Source: Bugula neritina
Taxonomy: Eukaryota > Animalia > Bryozoa
Assembly (NCBI GenBank): GCA_964035545.1
Contig: OZ037765.1
Span: 32,735,504-32,799,503, forward strand
Reading direction: 5' to 3'
DNA: 64,000 nucleotides
The translations under genes and the position numbers were made by a program. The notes below the pieces were generated by a model. The model ran no database searches. It was not told the DNA's origin and was given only the letters and a program-made list of their open reading frames with translations. Below, piece after piece: positions 51,639-63,448 of the stretch; position 1 is the first letter of the stretch; the number at the start of each line of letters is the position of its first letter.

Positions 51639-51906
51639 ATTTCAATACTAAGAGTTAAAGCAAGAATAATTATTACAAATGCTGATGCCATCTTGTGTAT
51701 AGACTGTTGCTTCCTATATATATATTCAGACTCTCAGTATATTATTGTGATAGCTATCATTTATATGAAAATATTAAACAATATTTAATTTATATTTTCT
51801 TGTAGGTCATTTAGGAGCTCAAACACACCAATAGTTACAAAGAAGAGATTCAACTGCTATACTGTAGATGATACTCAACACTTAGTAAAGTGTATATAGG
51901 TCAAAC

Positions 51907-54654
51907 ATGGAGGAAGACACTTCTGAAGGTAATCTACCATTATTCTAAAGTATAATTTATTCAATGTAGTGTTTTCTTTCTCTAGTATAAAATTAGGCTA
52001 AAGCTAAATGTATTTCAATGCTTCTAATATTTTGATAGCATATAATCTTTTCTGATGCAAAATTTAAAAAAGAAATACATTATATGGATTAGAAGCATGC
52101 AGAACAACCAGTAGATGCCACAAAAGGGAGTAGAAAAATAAAAAACTTGGGTTGGTTATATTAAGTAAGCAACTACCTTGCTATATATAAATATGAATCC
52201 TGGGTTAGTTTAATATATCAGAAGATTACGTCTCTAATAGCATATTGAGGTAGAAAAGTAGAGCGTGGTAGTATTGAATCTCAGTAGCTAAAATATTAAC
52301 TATGATGGGGGTGTCATGTCTTTAGGATGAAAAGCAACAAAGTGATGGTGTTTGGTAAACTGTGTAATACCCAATCAAACCTGGTTTAAAGAACACCTCT
52401 TTGTTAAACTCGGTGAATTTTCTGCTATACAAATACTATATAAAATGTTACACAATTTCAAAGGCAGTTATATAGATTTATATAGTGGCCTCTGCAATTA
52501 AAAACATGAACAATATTTGCCTGTTTAAAATGCTTGTAATGTGTACAGAGCTGACCGTTATGAGTTTATCAAAGACCGGAAGGTATACTTTGTAATAATG
52601 ACTTCAAATACATACTCTATCACGTTATGAATTATTTCAACTAATTATAAGAAGTAGTTGATGATTACTGCAGCAACCAACTAGATTTAGCGATTATTCA
52701 GAGATTGCCAAAATGTTTATACAGGAAGTAGAATACACTGTGAACCATCTATATCTATTTAGCCTTCATTAACTGGCTGTGATGAAGAAGTGTTAAAAAG
52801 ATAGGGTAGCGAAATATTAATAATATCATGAGCATCAATTACAGTATGTATGTATTAATAATACTATCTCTGTGTTGTTACAGAGAGTTTCAGTATCTGG
52901 TTCAGACATTCTGGACAGAATCCTGTAGACTTGAAAGATGTAAAGCTGGCTGCAACCAAATCATGTACTTTGAGTGAAGTGAAGACTCAAGTTGGGAGTT
53001 ATCAACTCACTCACCTCAAGTTAGAGGAGACAATTCCTAAGAATATAGGAGAGATTGCTTCTCATGCTGTTTGTTTGGTACTTGAAGGTATAACTGACAA
53101 GGAGAGTCTGAATAAGTGAGTGTTTAGTTGAGTATATATGAGTCAGAGCACTTCCACTCATGATATGATTTATATATGAATTTGTTATGTAGTTTATAGT
53201 AGACATATATTATGTGTCACTATACTGTTACACTATACAGCACTAGTGTAATCTATATGCTGTTTCTTTATATTACAGTCTCAGTCAGCTAACTCAGTTA
53301 GAGGAACTACACATAGGAGGGAATACTCTCAACACAGTACCAGATGTTGTGTCATCACTCACATCACTTAAACAGTTGAATATGTGGAGTTGTGGTATAT
53401 CCAGCCTACCTGAGAGGTTTGTGTGTCACATGTTTATTACTGCTTCACAACATCATTATTACTACTCTGTAACTTATATTTATACGTAGCTTATATAGTC
53501 TATAAAATAATATTCAGGCTATAGGGTGTGGCTATAATTATTTCTGTGCTCAACCTGAGTTCCCTGTGTTATACAATTACATAGTAAGGGCAGAGTGTAG
53601 TTTTTTGGCCAGCCTCCCTCTCGAATGCATGATCATGAATAGAAAAAATGGGGGTCATGAAAATTGCATATGGTTCAAACATTTTTAATATTTTGAGACA
53701 CATAGAATCCCAGTTTATTTGTAAGCATCATATCAGATGCTACAGTCGAAGCTTTATCTGGGATATAACTTTACCAAATAATCAATAATATATTTGTAAC
53801 ATTCGGATTCGTGGTCGCATGCATCTTTTTGTGCTGCATAAAATACATATGTTATGTGTATTTTTTATTCTCTTGTTATAGTACAACTTTATATTACAGT
53901 CTCAGTCAGCTGACTCAGTTAGAGATACTACACATAGGATGGAATACTCTCAACACAGTACCAGATGTTGTGTCATCACTCACATCACTTAAATTGTTGA
54001 ATATGAGTGGATGTGGTATATCCAGTCTACCTGAGAGGTTTGTGTGTCACATGTTTATTACTACTTCACAACATCATTATTACTACTCCGTAACTTATAT
54101 TTATACACAACCCATATAGTATATAAAATAATATCCAGGCTATAGGGTGTGGCTATAATCTCTGTACTCAGCCTGAGTTCCCTGTGTTATACATTTAAAT
54201 AGTAAGGGTAGAGTGTACTTATTTTGAAAGCCCTCCTCTCGAATGACCATGAATAAAATTATTAGGACTCGTGAAAATTTCATAAGTGATTCAAACATTT
54301 TTACTAATAATATGACCAACACAAAAACCCAGTATATTTGTAAAAGTCATATTAGGTGCTAAAGCCACCAGTTTATCTGGGATATGAATTTGAAAAATCG
54401 TCAATGATATATTTGTAAAATATGAGTTGTAGTCACATGTATATTTCTGTGCTGCATAACATACATATGTTATGTGTATTTTTATTCTCTTGTCATAGTA
54501 TAACTTTATATTACAGTCTCAGTCAGCTGACGCAGTTAGAGACACTATGCATAGCATATAATCTTCTCAACACAGTACCAGATGTTGTGTCATCACTCAC
54601 ACCACTTAAGCAGTTGAAGATGAATAATTGTTGTATATCCAGTCTACCTGAGAG
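51907..54654 (+). CDS. Leucine-rich repeat protein, 5' portion (3' end not found in window)
   Basis: Exons 51907-51928 (MEEDTSE, tentative), 52884-53115, then three 138-nt phase 2-2 exons 53279-53416, 53900-54037, 54517-54654, each LSQLTQLExLxIxxNxLNTVPDVVSSLTxLKxLxMxxCxISSLPE (two 23-aa LRRs). Probable UTR exons end at donors 49965 and 50529. Confidence 0.8.
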
Positions 54655-54880
54655 GTTTGTGTGTCACATGTTTATTATTTCTTCTTAACATCATAACCAT
54701 CTCCCTTTAAATTATATTTATACATAACTATTAGTATATAAGATATGTACAGGTTATAAATGTGTATATAGGTATTGTGTCTCTGTACTCAGCTTGAGTT
54801 CCTTGTGTTATACAATTAAATAGTAATGGCAGAGTGTAGTTATTTGGAGAATCCTCCTCTCGAATTACCATGAGTAGAAT
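53265..54880 (+). repeat. Tandem array of three ~620-bp exon+intron cassettes
   Basis: Exon starts at 53279, 53900 and 54517 (periods 621 and 617). Shared acceptor tatattacag and donor GAGAG|gtttgtgtgtcacatgtttatta, and alignable intron bodies. Third unit breaks off at ~54880. Confidence 0.92.
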
Positions 54881-55779
54881 TGTTTTAGTGGGGGTGCCAA
54901 CATGCAAAAAATAAGCGGGTGGAGCACATTGACACTAACCTTTGTCGCTATATATCACTGTGAAGCCAACATTCTACTGATTTTAAATCTGCGAGTAACT
55001 TTTTTGTGTCTGGGGAGGGGGGGTTCTCGCTTGAAACGGGTGGATATACAGGGGTTGGCGAATTTTCAAGGGGGCATCATCAAATTTCAAATATGCAATT
55101 ACTTGAGTAATATTTTCTAGATATGTTGTACACCTATTAAAGTATTTTTCAAAGAAATTGTAACTAAAAATTAATAGGTGGACGGAGCCTATGGCATAAT
55201 GTATTGCTTTTTCGGATGTACCAGATATTCGCTAAGCCGCCACTTTTTTGTTGTAGCATCTAGAATGGTAATTTTTAGCATGTAGACACTCTTCAGTGTC
55301 CTTATAAGTCACACTAATTTTTAGTATATTTTGACCCTCAAAATGTTTTTTACATCTCTGAAAATCAAAAAAGTTAAAATCGAAGTTATCTCCCCCGTTT
55401 AAAAAGTTGCTTTTACCCAATATTATTGCATTTTATTAAGTGGTTTGACATTATTATAATATAAATTGAAGTTTAACCTGTTCTTATTAGCTGATGGTTC
55501 ATTTCCAGCACATAGAGGAAGTACTGCTTTAAACGCACAAATGTGAAATGTTTCATCTCTCGAATAGCTATTAACATTTATTACTTGTTTGATAATGAGC
55601 CATGTGTATTCTGCTAGTCACACACATTGTTAAAAGGCAACTTTAGAACCTGCAATTAACAGAACAAATTATTTTAGAATAATAACAACTGTTAAACAAT
55701 GCAGGAATAAGTAATCCAGAAAGGGGATATTTGTTTTCGTCATTGCTGTAGAAGTAAAATTGTTTCACCATAATTTTTG

Positions 55780-58180
55780 AATTTTAGTCTTCTTTTGCCC
55801 GCCAACTCTGTCCATATCTACATTTTTCATATTTCGATTCACAGTGTCTTTAAAACTTAGCCTGGACCTTCCTTTGCAATGCTTACTTCCTTGAAGCAGT
55901 GAATAAAAGAGTTGTCTACAGATAAACGGCTATGGTCTATCTTATCTTGACGTCCTAGCCATCTCAAGTTCATCTGAATGAGGGTAGAGTTCAAAAATGG
56001 CTAATTAGCTCTCTTTTATACAATTTCCTTGACTAGTAATCTTGTTCCTCCAAGAGATACCCATGATTGATCATAGATATCGCATGACATATGCCTGCAC
56101 ACCGGACATGTTCAAGGTTTCAACACTATACAGTAAGGCAGCTATTACCGTAGCACGATACACCTGACACTTGACTTTGATTGGAACATGACGATTAGTT
56201 CAAAGTCTAGTCCTTGATTCTCCATACACTGCACTAGCATTTCCTATTCTCAGAGAGATTTCATTATCTACTTTAGCATTGGCAGCTACTGTGCTTCCAA
56301 GGTACTTGAAAGCTTTAAGGCCTGGCCTCACTCTCGTGAGAATCACACGGAATTTGTGTAACGATTTTCGTGAGTGATCTTCTCGTCAGACGAAACACAT
56401 AATAAATAGTCCTTGAATGAGTTTTGCACGGGATACAAACAGCAGAAAATTGGCCAACAGAGAAAAGTGGTAGAAATGAAATAATACTGTTGCTAAAATT
56501 CTATTGACCAATGAAATGGTGCTTATCGTTAATTGTGATTTTTCATCCATCGTCTTCGTTGGGTGCCCCCAACAAAGACGATTTCGTTTGAATTCCCTCA
56601 AATTTGATCATACGTTTGTGTTTTCGTGTCAAATAGACAACTTCGTGTGATTCTCACGAGCGTGTGGCCAGGCCTTTACACTTTTTCAAAGGTTATCCAT
56701 TGATGGTTGTGGTGTTTGGATTAGATGTTCTACTTTGAAAATTTTGAGGCTGATCCAGGCATTCTGTCTTCTTGATGTTGATTTTAGCACTAAAACTTTT
56801 TGCAACATTAGCAAAGTATGTATATCATCAGAGTGATATAAGGCACTATAGCACTAACACCAAAAAATAAGAAGTCTCTAACTCAGTAGTGGTTTCAATT
56901 TTAAAATTGAAATGAGGTACATCAAGTAGGTCTGCCTCTTCTCTAGTTTTTACATATATACCCTTTCCAAGCTGTCTTTAAAAGCAACTTTTAGTATGGC
57001 TGACAGGTAAAGTGAGAAAAGTATTGACGCGAGAACACATCCGTGCTTGCTTTCACGTGTTACTTCAAAATCATTTGCGAAGGAACTGCTATCATTGCTA
57101 CATATGTTTGCATGCCTGTATGAGGAGCTTCATTAATGCAAATAAACTTGTTCGTACAGCCAAACCTTTTAAGGACCTGCCAAAGGCCTGCAATAGATGT
57201 ACAATATGAAATGCCTTACTGAAGTCAAAAAATACCATATAGAGTGGCATGTTTTGTTCTGTGCACTTCTTTTGCACTTGCTTCAAGCAGAAACCATGTC
57301 TATTGTATTTCTTTCTACTCCTTAATTTACACTGAGACTCCAGTAGCACCTCTTGGGTAGTATGTGCATTTAGCCGATAGCATGCGAGAGAGATTCTTGC
57401 CTACAATAGATAAAAAATATGTGCCCAATAATTCCCCATTTACTTTCCCCATCCCCTTTCTTAAAAATCGGACAATGCCTGCATCCTTCCAGTCTGGTGG
57501 TACAGTCTTAGTGTTCCACACATTCTGTATTGACTTAAAAAGACAACCTGTCAATTTTTGACCACCATGTTTCCATATGTCAGATGGAATACTATCTCTG
57601 CCAACAGCTTTTCCATTCTGCATTGAACTAATTGCTGGCATTAGCTTATTCATATTGGGATGATCATTCAAAAGTGCAACAGGTGGCCTTTGCACCATAT
57701 TGTTATTTGCTGCTTCATCTAGCTCTCCTGGTATGTTGAGCAATTGATTGAAGTGGTCAGATAATCTTTCTAATATTTCCTCCTTTTCTTGTAGAAATGT
57801 GTATCCGTAGTAGTCACGGAGTTGAATCAATTTGGGACCATAAGCTTCATTTAGGCCTATATAGAATGCTTTCATGTCCCTTCTGTCTGCTTCCATTTAA
57901 AGTTTTATTGTTTTTTTTCCACCATCTACTTTTCATCTCTCTGGTATACCTCTGGGCTTTTTAGTAGGTCTTTCTTTTCAATATGGTATTATACTGGAGG
58001 AAAACCTGCCTCGCCTTGTTTCTCTTCTAAATCAACTGCCGTAGCAATTTATCATGTCCATTAAACCAATCTTCTTGGTGTTTCAGGATCTACTTACCCA
58101 GCACTTCAATTAACAGTTGAAAAGACTATTTTTCTCAAATCTTTCCACATTTGCTCTATGTCAACATTATGTACATCCCA
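55780..58180 (-). mobile_element. Decayed non-LTR retrotransposon (RTE-clade-like LINE) reverse transcriptase fragment
   Basis: Minus-strand remnants KHQEDWFN, GKAVGRDSIPSDIWKHGG...VPPDWKDAGIV, MVFFDFSKAF, FKYLGSTV...EISLRIGNAS...KCQVYRATVIAALLYSVET, GRPRLSFKD, with many stops and frameshifts. Confidence 0.85.
56318..56675. mobile_element. PIF/Harbinger(Tourist)-like MITE inserted in the LINE
   Basis: ~33-bp imperfect TIRs AGGCCTGGCC(T/A)CAC(T/G)CTCGTGAGAATCACACG; TTA target-site duplication (56315-56317 and 56676-56678). Excision restores the LINE frame ING*PLKKCKAFKYLGS. Confidence 0.88.
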
Positions 58181-59096
58181 ACACTTTAGATTCTCATCTA
58201 ATTCCTTCTCAAGGTTTTCTCTTTTCTTCTGATCTTTCAGCATGCCGGTATTTAGTTTATGCTGTGGCTAAAACTCATTTTTCCTGTAATGAAACTTAGA
58301 TCTAATTCAAATATTATTGTTGTTACAAGCTTTGCAAAAAACCATACTGTAATAAGGCTAATAAATTTTAAAAAAACTTCTTATTGGCCGGCAAAATCTC
58401 TTGACTGGATTTTGTGACTGCCTTAAATTCTCAAAATGATGAAATAAGCTGAGTCTTGGTTTGCTAAGTTTAAATGATTTGATCTGAGTTTCTTTAATTT
58501 CCTGTAAAAAACAGACACCATATGATTCCCCTCTAATTTTAATAATTATATTGTCAAGTCAATTTTACCAAATCTAAATTGTTGAGATGTCTTCTGTTGT
58601 CTTCTTTCTACCAACTGCATTTTCTAAAAAGGCAGCATTGTCTTTTACGGCTCACACGAAGGTGTGTGATACCTGGACAATACTTGCTAGAGTAATAGCT
58701 TGAAATCAATTGCTGAACTTAGTTCATTGATAGCTACCGCACTATCTATAGCCTTAGCATTTCCAAATATGAGTGATTGTGGTCTAAATTTGTAGTTACT
58801 ATATTATATGCTTGTTTCTAGTCGGGTCATTTACTGTTGTTGCTAATAAAACCTGCTTATGGGTTATTTTTGTCATTCTAGTAACGGTCACCAGAAATAA
58901 CTTGAGATTAAGATGATAATCCTGTTCTAGGTCAACATGAATTTTTTTCAAAAAGTGTTTTAAATAAATTTTGAGCACAGCTATACTGCTAATATTTCAC
59001 GTACAAGTACAAGGGTTATTTTATTTTTCCACATGGATAAACTTTTGAAGCACCTTATATAAATTTTACGTCTACAGTGACGAGGAAAACAAACAT

Positions 59097-59515
59097 TGTA
59101 ATGGATTTTAGTGGTGTAATTATTGTTAGTATTATATCGAAAGGGTCGAGACTATATGGTATGCTATTGTGGAGATCGACTACATCGACCTCCAGCGACT
59201 TGTAGCTATGGCTGACAGTGGCACCACTAGTAACTACCAATCAGGACTGACATACTAATTGATAGCAGGTGGAGCTAGCTACTCGTAGTGGAAGCGCACT
59301 GAGTAGCCAACCAGGCAGAGCAGCTTGGGACTTCATTTAGAGTAGTTGTGTATTAAAGCTCACTTATTATGTAATCGTTTCTATTCATGTTTAGCAGTAA
59401 TTAGAACTTCTTGTATCGTGTAAATAATAAACTTATCATAGCGTAAACAACCTGGTGTAGTGGCTTTGTTTAAGTTGACCCACACATAATATAGTGAATT
59501 GCGAAATTCACTACA
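59097..59515 (+). repeat. 5' LTR of the Gypsy element (boundaries inferred from termini and PBS)
   Basis: TGTAATGGA...TTCACTACA imperfect inverted termini, internal AATAAA near 59426, followed after 1 nt by the PBS. Confidence 0.7.
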
Positions 59516-59516
59516 G

Positions 59517-59531
59517 TGGTGGCAGCGGTGG
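59517..59531 (+). promoter_or_regulatory. Primer-binding site complementary to the tRNA-Leu 3' end
   Basis: TGGTGGCAGCGGTGG is the reverse complement of CCACCGCTGCCACCA. Confidence 0.85.
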
Positions 59532-59576
59532 AATCCCACTTAATACAAATGCTCCTAGCCAGGAAGTAGAAAGAAG

Positions 59577-60449
59577 ATGGCCGACGAGGACGACGCGCCC
59601 GGACAGGAGCCGGCAGCAGTAGAGGAGGATCACATAGGCGGCCCAGCGCTGCCTATGGACAGGTACCACTTGCGGGCTCCCATCTTCTCAGGGGAAGAAA
59701 ATGTGGAGCAATTCATCACTGAGTTTAGTGATGTGGCGGACATCTGCGGATGGCCGAATAGGGTTACTCTGATCCAGCTGCGGTTATGTCTGACAGGGCC
59801 GGCTAAACCCTATGGGATAAGCCAGAATGTCGGGGACATATTTGAAGCATTACGAGCTCGGTTTGGATTAACCGCTCGAGATGCTCGCGTGCAACTACAG
59901 GGGCTTAGGAGAAATCCTAAGAATAACCTACGAGAGCATGCTACCGCAGTAGAACGACTGGCACAAGTCGCCTACAGCGACTTGCCTGCTGATAGTCGAC
60001 AGAGTTTAGCACTGGATGCATTCCTCCAGTCTATTAACAACCTCGGTTTGAAACAGCATTTGCTGGTGGCCGAAGTTGAGGCTATGGAGAGAGCTCTAAG
60101 GCTTGGGAATGCCTATTTCCAAGCCGACAGTGCGAGTCGACCTGGTGCGACGATGCAGCAGGTCGGGGCAGATGACGACGTGTCGACGTCGCCGGCGAAG
60201 ACAGCTGTTCAGGTCGCCTCGGCAGCAGCAGACGAATCTACTAGCTTGACCACAAGCTTGATTCGAGAACTGCTAGCCGAGATCAGGCAACTGCGCCAGC
60301 AGTCGACAGCCGAGCGACCCAGGAGGTCGTCGGTAGCTGTCGATGACAGGCGCCGCCCCGTATGCTGGGGCTGTGGTAGTGGTGGGCACTTCATACGAAG
60401 TTGCCCCCGCGATAATGGGAGGCAGTTAAACAACAACGGCCCACGGTAA
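59577..60449 (+). CDS. gag: Gypsy Gag (intact ORF, CCHC zinc knuckle)
   Basis: 290-aa ORF with APIFSGEENVEQFITEF...W capsid-like start and CWGCGSGGHFIRSC knuckle. Confidence 0.9.
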   Translation: MADEDDAPGQEPAAVEEDHIGGPALPMDRYHLRAPIFSGEENVEQFITEFSDVADICGWPNRVTLIQLRLCLTGPAKPYGISQNVGDIFEALRARFGLTARDARVQLQGLRRNPKNNLREHATAVERLAQVAYSDLPADSRQSLALDAFLQSINNLGLKQHLLVAEVEAMERALRLGNAYFQADSASRPGATMQQVGADDDVSTSPAKTAVQVASAAADESTSLTTSLIRELLAEIRQLRQQSTAERPRRSSVAVDDRRRPVCWGCGSGGHFIRSCPRDNGRQLNNNGPR

Positions 60450-60492
60450 CTTCCGCCGACCGTGGGCCCCAGTTTAACTCCCAAGGCAGAGG
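60425..60492 (+). promoter_or_regulatory. Putative -1 ribosomal frameshift signal (slippery site plus stem-loop/pseudoknot)
   Basis: G_TTA_AAC at 60425-60431, 6-nt spacer, perfect 10-bp stem 60438-60447/60459-60468; loop CTTCCGCC can pair with GGCAGAGG at 60485-60492. Confidence 0.65.
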
Positions 60493-63448
60493 CTAAGGCC
60501 CAAACCCCACCGGGTGAGGAGGCCGCCTTCGCCAGAGTGGCAAGCCCCAAGGAGAGTGAGTAGGCCGCAAGGCTCACCAAAACCTCCGGCTTGGGCACTC
60601 AAAAACCGCTTTGAAGGTTTGCTTGATGAGGGAGTGAACGACGAGTGGGAGCAAAACAGGGATTTTCCTCGGTTGCCCACACGAGCATCAGTTCGATAAT
60701 TCACTCGGCCGCCCGTGTGTGAGCGAGACCGAGACGTAACCTGCCTGACCACGCAACGTCGACGACCCCCTCGCAACCAAAAAGCACAGGTGCATCCCCA
60801 ACTCCATGCACATGAGGTGTCGCCTCAAGAGACGAACCGCTCAGTGAGCGCTCAGCCATATGGAAGCAGCTATTTCCTCCCCGGCAAACTTGCTGGCAAA
60901 GCTGTCACATTCCTGTTAGATACTGGGTGCACCACAAATCTACTGAGTCGGCGTCTATTCAACACTCTCAGTGCCAGGGACAGGGCTAGCCTAGAACCAT
61001 ATGAAGGGGAACACGGCGCGTTGGCGGACGGGTCGTGTATTCCTTTCTATGGGGTAATCCAGTTGACTGGTAGAGTCCGTGATCAGACGATCAGTGAGAC
61101 CTTCATCGTCAGTCAACTCAAGGAGGACGCCATCTTGGGCATACCATTTTTTGAAGCGACACAGGTGCTACATCGACTTTAGCAAGTCGGCGGTAGGGAT
61201 GGCCGGGCATGAGCTGGCCTGTGTCGACCGATTTGGCTGACCCTTGGTGGGGGGAGTGCAGGTGGTACAGCGTTGCACTGTACCTGGGCGCTCCCGGGCT
61301 ACAGTTCGCTGCAGAGTGAACTGTAGAGAAATCTCCGAGCTAGGAGTGGTGGAAGGTGCACTGGGGGGCGTCCAGCTCGCTAACAGTCTAAATAGGCTGG
61401 ATGAGCGGGGGGGGAGTTCCTGGTCCGGTGCGTAAATCCTTTCACGGAGCCGGTAGAATTGCTGGCTGGGTCTCTAGTGGGGAAGTTCCATTCCGTACAG
61501 GAGGAGGATGTGGGGCCCGCGCTTGAGACGGCGGACGAAGCTCGTGGGGTACCCACTAGAGACGGCAGGGGGCCGGTGCCTGAACACGTAGCGGAGTTGT
61601 ATGACGATGCCTGTGATGGCTGCAAGAGCAAGCGGGAACGCCTGGTGATGGCACGGCTACTCTCTGAGTACAAGGACGTGTTCAGTTGCGGCGACCATGA
61701 CATGGGTTTGACTAAGACTGTCTGTCATGAGATACCCCTGGCGGCGGGGATGGCGCCCATTCGGCAACCGACCCGCCGGTTGGGTCCTGAGAAGGAGAGA
61801 GAGGTGAGCCGTCAGGTGCAAGACCTTCTGAACCGGGACCTGATTGAGCCAGGCCATGGGGCCTGGAGTTCTCCAGTCGTCCTGGTTCGAAAAAAGGATG
61901 GGAGCTGGAGGTTTTGCGTTGATTATCGCAGGCTGAACAGCACGACCATCAAGGACGCTTACCCTCATCCTAGAATTTATGAGTCGCTCGATGCCTTAGC
62001 TGGTAGCAAGTTCTTCCGCACGTTGGACTTGCTAAGCGGGTATTGGCAGGTGCCCCTGAGTCCTGAAGCACAGGACAAGGCCACGTTTATAACGCGGGAT
62101 GGGCTTTGGAAATGGAAGGTGTTGCCATTCGGACTTACGTCCGCACCAGCTACCTTCCAGCGACTCATGGAGCAGGTCCTGAGTGGGCTGCACTGGAAGA
62201 CTTTGCTCATCTATCTCGATGATGTCATTGTCATCTCCCCCGACACCGACACACATGTCAGTCGACTCAGGGAGGTGTTTGACAGGCTTCGAGCTGCTGG
62301 TCTGAAGCTCAAGCCCTCTAAGTGTGCATTACTGCAACGCGAGGTCAAGTACCTGGGCCATGTAGTTGGCCGAGACGGGGTACGGGCTGTGAGGGACTGG
62401 GCTGTCCCTGTCGACCTCCCTGAATTGCGGGCATTCCTGGGACTGGTAAGGTACTATCGTCAGTACATACCAGATTTCGCCGGAATTGCACAGCCGTTAA
62501 ATCGGCTGACAGCAAAGGGGGTGCGATGGCAGTGGACGCAGGCCGAGCAGAAGGCGTTTGACCACCTGAAGGATCGCCTGGTGGAAGCACCCATCTTGGC
62601 GTATCCTGACCCTGCGAAGGAGTACATTTTGGATACTGATGCCAGTAACCATAATGTGGGGGCTGTGCTATCGCAGGTCCAAGATGGTCGCGAGGTGGTG
62701 GTGGCTTACTATAGCAAGGCCCTGTCGGCGCCTGAGAAGAACTACTGTACAACCAGGAGGGAACTCTTGGCAGTAGTCAAGGCGGTCAAACACTTTAGAC
62801 CATATCTGTATGGGCGCACATTCCGTCTTCAGACGGATCATGCGTCTTTGATATGGCTGTGTCGACGAGCGGAACCATCAAGCCAAGTAGAGCGCTGGCT
62901 GGAGATCCTGGCAGAGTTTTCTTATCGGATCGAACATCGACCCGGTAAGAAACACAGTAATGCCGATGGACTCAGCCACCGCCAGGCCGATGGGTGTAAG
63001 CAGTGCCAGAGCATTGAGCGCAGGGATGGTGGACCCCTCGCTCGGACGTTGAAGCACAGTTGGGAAAAGCGGGTGTATACAGCTGGGAAGAAGGACAACT
63101 CCTGTCCGAATTTCCTAACGAAGCTGTTAACAACCTTCACGCAAACCCTACGCTGCTCAGGAACGTCGGGGAGCTGTGTCGGCTCCAGGCTACGCTACCA
63201 GGGGTGGTAGCTGACCTAGTCCGGACCAAGAAAGAGGGACGGCGGCCGAGTGAGGCCGAACAGCGAGTGAAGAGTGCAGAGTTTAAGTACTTCTGTGACC
63301 GCTGGGACTCCCTCAGGTTCAACAGCGATGGGCTGCTAACGATCACATTGGCAGCCGGCACCAATCGCAGTGAACGAGAGAGGGTAGTCTGCCCATCCGC
63401 TCTGAGGCGGGAGTTGATCTGGGACACCCATAGGCAAGCTCACGCGGG
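60450..63448 (+). pseudogene. pol: Gypsy pol (aspartic protease, RT, RNase H, partial integrase), disrupted
   Basis: LLDTGC (protease); WRFCVDYR, DLLSGYWQV, LPFGLTSAPATFQR, YLDD (RT); LDTDAS, RELLAVV, TDHASL (RNase H). Split over several frames (60514, 60715, 61244, 61459, 63060) with stops, frameshifts and a short deletion after GHVVGRDGV. Confidence 0.9.

Larger units (their letters stand above)
59097..63448 (+). mobile_element. Ty3/Gypsy LTR retrotransposon, 3'-truncated and degenerate
   Basis: 5' LTR, PBS, gag, then PR-RT-RH-INT order. Homology ends within the integrase HHCC region (WDTHRQAHAG); no 3' LTR in the window. Confidence 0.93.

Noticed and set aside
52549-52582. 34-nt candidate microexon in the LRR gene
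   Set aside because: Splice sites look plausible, but inclusion breaks the frame unless a rare GAG acceptor at 52887 is used; it cannot be supported without reads.
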